Below, in pieces: positions 46,781 to 51,559 of a stretch of 51,559 bases of DNA. The position numbers and the translations under genes were made by a program. Within the stretch, counting starts at the first letter, position 1, and each line of letters begins with the position of its first letter. Source of the stretch: Paludibacteraceae bacterium (GTDB taxonomy: Bacteria > Bacteroidota > Bacteroidia > Bacteroidales > Paludibacteraceae); assembly GCA_031555675.1 (NCBI GenBank), contig JAVBUB010000172.1:1-51559 (forward strand), written 5' to 3'. The notes under the pieces are model-generated. The model saw nothing but the letters and a program-made list of their open reading frames with translations. It was not told the DNA's origin and made no database searches.

Positions 46781-47695
46781 ATGAAAATCATTGGCATAGG
46801 AGAAACAATCGTCGATATTATCTTTAAAAACGGACAACCCGTTAGCGCAACGCCCGGCGGATCTACCTTTAATACGATGATCTCCCTCGGACGACTCCAT
46901 GTACCAAGCCTGTTTATAAGCGAAACAGGAAACGACCACCTCGGAGCAAGCATCAACCAATGTTTGGCCGAGAATAATATTTCTACCGATTATATCAGTC
47001 GCTTTTCCGAAGGAAAAACACCCGTAGCGTTGGCCTTTTTGGATGAAAATAATAATGCCGATTATGCTTTTTATAAAGACTACCCCAAACAACGCCTCAA
47101 TATCCCTTTTCCCGATATAGCACCCAATGACGCTCTCATATTCGGATCCTATTTTTCGGTAAACCCCGTGTTGAGAACTAAAGTGCTGGAACTGATACAT
47201 AATGCAATGCAGCAAAAAGCCATTGTTTATTACGATCCGAATTTCAGGAAAGGACATTTGTCCGAACTGCCGGGATTAACCAAAAGCATAGAAGAAAATT
47301 TCTCGTTTTCGGATATTGTAAGAGGTTCCGATGAAGATTTTTTTAATATCTACCAAGCAACAGACATAGATGCTGTTTATAATAAAATATCGCCCTTCTG
47401 TTCTAATTTTATTTGTACTGTCGGAGGGCAAGCAGTTTATTTGCGTACAAAGAAAATAAGCAAAACATATTCCGTTCCGCCTATTAAAACAGTTAGTACC
47501 GTGGGAGCAGGAGATAATTTCAACGCCGGAATCTTGTACGGATTATATAAATATGCCATAACTAAACAACAATTGGCAGACCTTCCCGAAGAAAGATGGG
47601 ATCAACTCATTCATTATGCCATCCTTTTTGCCGCAAATGTATGTCAACATTATGACAATTATATTTCCCGTTCATTCGCAGAAAGCTTGACTTAA
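46781..47695 (+). CDS. PfkB-family carbohydrate kinase (fructokinase-like)
   Basis: N-terminus GIGETIVDIIF and PfkB signature VSTVGAGDNFNAG. Confidence 0.85.
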   Translation: MKIIGIGETIVDIIFKNGQPVSATPGGSTFNTMISLGRLHVPSLFISETGNDHLGASINQCLAENNISTDYISRFSEGKTPVALAFLDENNNADYAFYKDYPKQRLNIPFPDIAPNDALIFGSYFSVNPVLRTKVLELIHNAMQQKAIVYYDPNFRKGHLSELPGLTKSIEENFSFSDIVRGSDEDFFNIYQATDIDAVYNKISPFCSNFICTVGGQAVYLRTKKISKTYSVPPIKTVSTVGAGDNFNAGILYGLYKYAITKQQLADLPEERWDQLIHYAILFAANVCQHYDNYISRSFAESLT

Positions 47696-48280
47696 TTATT
47701 GGGCATATTGATAATGCCCGATTATTTTATAGCTGAATAAACAGTCTTCCAATACTTGTCCACTTCCAATATTGTGAACGATCAGATACCTTTTGCCGTC
47801 GGCAGATTTTTTATTTACCACAATACCGATATGCGTTACCGCGCCACCCAGATTCCAACAAACAATATCGCCCGGGGCATAATCTGCCGCATCGGTTGAA
47901 ATAGATTTTTCCTTTCCCTTTCGCTTGAAAAATGTCATTAAGTTTGGCACCCTCCGGTGATCAATATTCGTGTCCGTTTTCGTTAATCCCCAGTTTTTAG
48001 GATACAATGCAAAGTTGGCCAACATATTTTCGTGGACTTCTTTTTGCAAATCGATGCCCAACAGCCGGTACGCTCTTATAACTACATCAGTGCAAACACC
48101 TTTTCCGGCAGGCACATCTCCATTGGGATAGCTTATTTTGAAATAGGCCGGATCATAGCTTACTTTTTGTTTGGTCAGTTCTAAAGCAGCATTAGAAAGT
48201 TGCTCATAAAAGCTATTCTGTCCGTTAGTAGAATCAACAAAAAGTAAAGAGAATAAAACAAAAACAACTAGATTTTTCAT
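47696..48280 (-). CDS. DUF1287 domain-containing protein (secreted)
   Basis: Signal peptide. YDPAYFKISYPNGDVP..GVCTDVVIRAYR..GIDLQ...DHRRVPNL...GDIVCW...THIGIV is a typical DUF1287 layout. Confidence 0.8.
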   Translation of the reverse strand: MKNLVVFVLFSLLFVDSTNGQNSFYEQLSNAALELTKQKVSYDPAYFKISYPNGDVPAGKGVCTDVVIRAYRLLGIDLQKEVHENMLANFALYPKNWGLTKTDTNIDHRRVPNLMTFFKRKGKEKSISTDAADYAPGDIVCWNLGGAVTHIGIVVNKKSADGKRYLIVHNIGSGQVLEDCLFSYKIIGHYQYAQ

Positions 48281-48412
48281 TGCATAGTAAGATTATAGTG
48301 ATATAACTATTTAAAAATATCATTTATTGCCACATTCTATTTATTTAACTCCAATTTATATTTTTACAGAAAATTTATTCGGAAAAATTTTCGTTTGTTG
48401 CTGTTCAATCTT

Positions 48413-48420
48413 TATCTTTG
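48413..48420 (+). promoter_or_regulatory. Candidate -7 promoter box for the helicase gene
   Basis: TATCTTTG, 19 nt upstream of the ATG at 48439. It overlaps the ORF-track start at 48418, arguing for 48439 as the real start. Confidence 0.45.
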
Positions 48421-48438
48421 GGTTTAATTTTTTATTTC

Positions 48439-50922
48439 ATGCGAACAGCCAGCCCATATTACGAAATAGCCTATCATTTTGCTACCTATACCAACCGCTC
48501 CCTATTTCTTACGGGTAAGGCCGGAACGGGAAAAACCACTTTCCTGAAAAGGTTAAAAGAGCAAAGCAAAAAAGAAATGGCCATTGTGGCTCCAACCGGA
48601 GTTGCTGCCATTAATGCCGGTGGCGTTACCATTCATTCCTTTTTTCAATTGCCGTTTCATCCTTTTTTGCCCACTGCCGAAGGACGTAAAGACCTCATCG
48701 GAAAGCTAAAGATAAATAGCGCCCGCCGTAAGGTGCTGTATGAACTCGAACTATTGGTTATTGATGAGGTGAGTATGGTACGTGCCGATGTGATGGACGC
48801 GATTGATACCATATTGCGGCACTTCCGCTACCGGCGGAATGAACCGTTTGGCGGCGTACAGGTAATTTTTATCGGCGATATGTACCAGCTTTCGCCTGTT
48901 TATAAAGAAGACGAATGGCCCTTGCTTGCATCCTATTACCGGGGAATATATTTCTTTGACAGTTTGGCCATACGCGAGCAACCTCCCGTATATATCGAAT
49001 TCGATAAAATTTTTCGCCAGAGCAATCTCGATTTTATACAACTGCTCAATGAAGTAAGAAACAATAATATTTCCGACCAGAGTTTTGAAATGCTGCAAAA
49101 CTTGTATAATCCCGATTTCAAACCATCCAAAGGAGATACCTATATAACCCTCACTACCCATAACTACAAGGCCGATACTATTAACACCGAAGAATTGGCC
49201 CTGTTGAAAGGAAAAACATATAAGTTCAAGGCAAAAGTAACCGGCGATTATCCAGAAAAGAGTTATCCTACGGAAGAAGAACTCGGATTTAAAATCGGCG
49301 CGAAAGTCATGTTCCTGAAAAACGATAAAGAAACACCACGTCGCTATTTTAACGGAAAAATCGGAGAAATAACAGGATTTGATGAAGATGCCGATGTTAT
49401 TTATGTGAAATGCCCCGGAGACGACGAAGCCATAACCGTAACCCGCGAAGTGTGGGAAAATATATCCTACAGTACCAACCCCAATACGAAGCAGATAGAA
49501 GAAACCCTGCTCGGTAAATTCGAACAATATCCCTTGCGGTTGGCATGGGCTATTACTATTCACAAAAGTCAGGGATTAACGTTTGACAAAGCTGTGATTG
49601 ATGCCGGGCAGGCTTTTGCCCCGGGTCAGGTATACGTGGCGTTAAGCCGTTGCCGCTCGCTCGAAGGGATTGTGCTGCTAAGTAAAATAAACCGCAGCAG
49701 TTTGCAGGTCGACGACAATATTATCAGGCATAGTGAGCAAAAACTTCCGATAGAAATATTGAATAACCAGCTCGATATTTCTAAAAGAGAATACCGTGAA
49801 CATATTTTACTATCGCTATTCGACTTCAAAACGATAGTGGGTCAAGCAAACCGCCTTATTGAATTTGTAAAAGAAAAAGCTTCTTCGTTTAACGAAGAAA
49901 CCATCCCTTTTTTGACTTCCATTTATGAGCATTTGCAAAATATGCAAGCCATTGCCCTCCGCTTTCAGAACGAATTGCAACGGATGATGCTCGATGCTCC
50001 CGTAGACGAAGCCAAGCTACAAGAACGCATTGCTTCCGCGGTTGATTATTATACCGTTCAACTCAAAACGTTGGTGGATGAACTGAAACAATCGCCTGCT
50101 ACCACAGATGCCAAAGCAAATGCGATGGACTACAATGATGATTTGAAGACTATCTTTACATTTATAGCCGAAAAACTGCATATTTTCAAAAATATCAAGG
50201 AAGAATTTACCGTTGAGCAATATTACATTGCTAAAAACACTTTGATATTACCACTTTTTACGGTAAACGCTTATGCCGGAAGCAATGACTCCAAAAAGCC
50301 CGAAGCCCGATTCCCGGTGTTGTATTATAGGTTATTGGACTTCCGCAGAAAAACATGCGAGCCGGCCAATATTCCCCTCTATTTGGTATCCAGTACCAAA
50401 GGATTGGTAGAATTGGCTACTTATCTTCCCGAAACATTAAATGATTTGCAGAAGATAAGCGGTTTTGGTCCTGCCACTATTGCCAAGTACGGTCAGCAGT
50501 TTTTGGATATTGTGTCCGAATATTGTCAAAAAAACGACTTGGAGTCATTGATGCACGAAAAGGAAACTCTCAAAAGAGAACGTAAAAAGAAGGAAAAAGA
50601 ACCTAAGCCCGAAAAACCGAAAAAGGAAGATACCAAAAAGATAACCTTTGATTTGTACAAGCAAGATTTCTCCATTGCGGAAATAGCCCAACAAAGAGGA
50701 TTCAGCCCTACTACCATTGAGGGACATTTGGCTTATTTTGTCGGCACGGGAGAAATACCGTTGAGAGATTTTGTAACGGAAGATAAAGAAGAAAAGATAA
50801 CATCTGTTTTAAAACCCGGAATGCTGTTGGGTGATATCTTTGCGACCTTAAACGGTAAAGCGAGTTATGCTGAGATTAAGATGGTAATAGCGGATAAAGA
50901 AAAACAGAACAGGATAGAATAG
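48439..50922 (+). CDS. Pif1/RecD-family (SF1B) DNA helicase with HRDC-like and C-terminal helix-turn-helix domains
   Basis: Walker A GKAGTGKTT, Walker B LVIDEVSM, and IFIGDMYQLSPV...AITIHKSQGLTFD...YVALSRC. An HRDC-like segment (LPETLNDLQKISGFGPATIAKYG) is followed by a lysine-rich linker and an HTH-like tail (FSIAEIAQQRGFSPTTIEGHL). Confidence 0.85.
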   Translation: MRTASPYYEIAYHFATYTNRSLFLTGKAGTGKTTFLKRLKEQSKKEMAIVAPTGVAAINAGGVTIHSFFQLPFHPFLPTAEGRKDLIGKLKINSARRKVLYELELLVIDEVSMVRADVMDAIDTILRHFRYRRNEPFGGVQVIFIGDMYQLSPVYKEDEWPLLASYYRGIYFFDSLAIREQPPVYIEFDKIFRQSNLDFIQLLNEVRNNNISDQSFEMLQNLYNPDFKPSKGDTYITLTTHNYKADTINTEELALLKGKTYKFKAKVTGDYPEKSYPTEEELGFKIGAKVMFLKNDKETPRRYFNGKIGEITGFDEDADVIYVKCPGDDEAITVTREVWENISYSTNPNTKQIEETLLGKFEQYPLRLAWAITIHKSQGLTFDKAVIDAGQAFAPGQVYVALSRCRSLEGIVLLSKINRSSLQVDDNIIRHSEQKLPIEILNNQLDISKREYREHILLSLFDFKTIVGQANRLIEFVKEKASSFNEETIPFLTSIYEHLQNMQAIALRFQNELQRMMLDAPVDEAKLQERIASAVDYYTVQLKTLVDELKQSPATTDAKANAMDYNDDLKTIFTFIAEKLHIFKNIKEEFTVEQYYIAKNTLILPLFTVNAYAGSNDSKKPEARFPVLYYRLLDFRRKTCEPANIPLYLVSSTKGLVELATYLPETLNDLQKISGFGPATIAKYGQQFLDIVSEYCQKNDLESLMHEKETLKRERKKKEKEPKPEKPKKEDTKKITFDLYKQDFSIAEIAQQRGFSPTTIEGHLAYFVGTGEIPLRDFVTEDKEEKITSVLKPGMLLGDIFATLNGKASYAEIKMVIADKEKQNRIE

Positions 50923-50966
50923 AAGGTAGTTATACTTTATCAGTAACCAGAATAAAAATCTAAAAT

Positions 50967-51559
50967 ATGAGTAAAACATTTAATATTTATTGTGATGAAA
51001 GTTGCCATTTGGAAAATGACCATAAACAATATATGTTTCTTGGCTCAGTGAGTTGTGCTTATAATCAAGTTCGTTTACATGCAGAAAATATTAAGCTTTT
51101 GAAAAAGAAACATAATTTTTTTGCCGAAATTAAATGGTCAAATGTATCTAATTCAAAAATTAGATTTTATGTGGATTTAATAGATTATTTTTTTGCTACA
51201 GATCTAAAATTCAGAGCTATTGGAGTAGAAAAGGCAAAGATTCATTGTGATGAATATGGAAGCACATTTGATGATTTTTATTATAAAATGTACTACCAGT
51301 TATTAAATTACCACATAGATACTTTTAACCATTATAATGTCTATTTGGATATTAAAGATACATTAAGTGCATATAAAGTAAATCGACTAAAAAATATACT
51401 TAATATGAAATATGGTGTATTTAGAAATATACAGAATATCCGCTCTGAAGAAAGTTTATTAATGCAGTTAACAGACCTATTGATGGGTGCTATTTCTTAT
51501 AATTTAAATGACACGGAGAAGAAAAATACGGCAAAAGTTCAAATTATAGAAAAAATAAA
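50967..51559 (+). CDS. DUF3800 domain-containing protein (5' part; truncated by the window end)
   Basis: Hand translation from the ATG at 50967 gives MSKTFNIYCDESCHLENDHKQYMFLGSV...EIKWSNVS...LLMQLTDLLMGAISY. An N-terminal DES motif and a conserved C-terminal D..LG pattern are typical of DUF3800. No stop occurs before 51559. Confidence 0.65.
   Translation, partial: MSKTFNIYCDESCHLENDHKQYMFLGSVSCAYNQVRLHAENIKLLKKKHNFFAEIKWSNVSNSKIRFYVDLIDYFFATDLKFRAIGVEKAKIHCDEYGSTFDDFYYKMYYQLLNYHIDTFNHYNVYLDIKDTLSAYKVNRLKNILNMKYGVFRNIQNIRSEESLLMQLTDLLMGAISYNLNDTEKKNTAKVQIIEKI

Noticed and set aside
46712-47257. 181-aa ORF antisense to the PfkB kinase gene, starting in the heptad hairpin.
   Set aside because: The plus-strand frame carries the PfkB signatures (GIGETIVD, GAGDNFNAG). 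The antisense product has no features and would begin inside the intergenic hairpin.
48751-49563. 270-aa ORF antisense to the helicase gene.
   Set aside because: It lies entirely inside a frame with unambiguous SF1B helicase motifs on the opposite strand. Its product is low-complexity (F/I/G-rich) with no recognisable motif, which is a typical shadow ORF.
1-51559. Search by eye for mobile elements, prophage genes, tRNA/rRNA/tmRNA genes, riboswitch-like leaders and invertible (phase-variable) promoters.
   Set aside because: No integrase, transposase or recombinase ORF was found. There are no cloverleaf-like GC-rich segments in the intergenic regions and no long inverted repeats flanking a promoter upstream of the glycan locus. 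Small RNAs cannot be excluded without covariance-model scans (tRNAscan-SE, Infernal/Rfam).

Overview
This is a 51.6-kb chromosomal segment that looks like a low-GC member of Bacteroidota, probably Bacteroidales. The hallmarks are ruvA followed by the giant T9SS translocon gene sprA, a secreted protein with a T9SS C-terminal sorting domain, lipoprotein signals, and exact TAnnTTTG (-7 box) motifs 15-70 nt upstream of many start codons.

Most of the window is housekeeping: recA (partial, at the 5' edge), a MATE exporter, the conserved dut / TPR / DUF4292 lipoprotein / EnvC-like M23 block, two tandem OmpA-family genes, an MBL-fold hydrolase, an M16 peptidase, purL, ruvA, sprA, a DsbD-like reductase, DUF2461, YhcH, glgB, pheS, a split chrA pair, a K+/H+ antiporter, a single-domain SIS isomerase, a PfkB kinase, DUF1287 and a Pif1-type helicase.

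The accessory-looking parts are:
- A markedly AT-richer Wzx/Wzy-type glycan locus (33.9-41.9 kb: flippase, EpsG-like polymerase, four glycosyltransferases, WecA-like initiating transferase). Its last gene overlaps the pheS start codon.
- An orphan AAA+/DUF4143 ATPase preceded by three palindromes phased exactly 52 bp apart.
- A two-module T9SS cargo protein of unknown function.
- A DUF3800 gene cut by the 3' edge of the window.

Several intergenic regions carry unusually elaborate inverted or periodic repeats.

By eye I saw no rRNA, tRNA, CRISPR array, integrase, transposase or prophage genes. I cannot point to a clear-cut novel multi-gene system. The findings are leads ranked by how poorly standard annotation explains them. 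All coordinates of small motifs were hand-counted and all family assignments come from motif recognition, not database searches.
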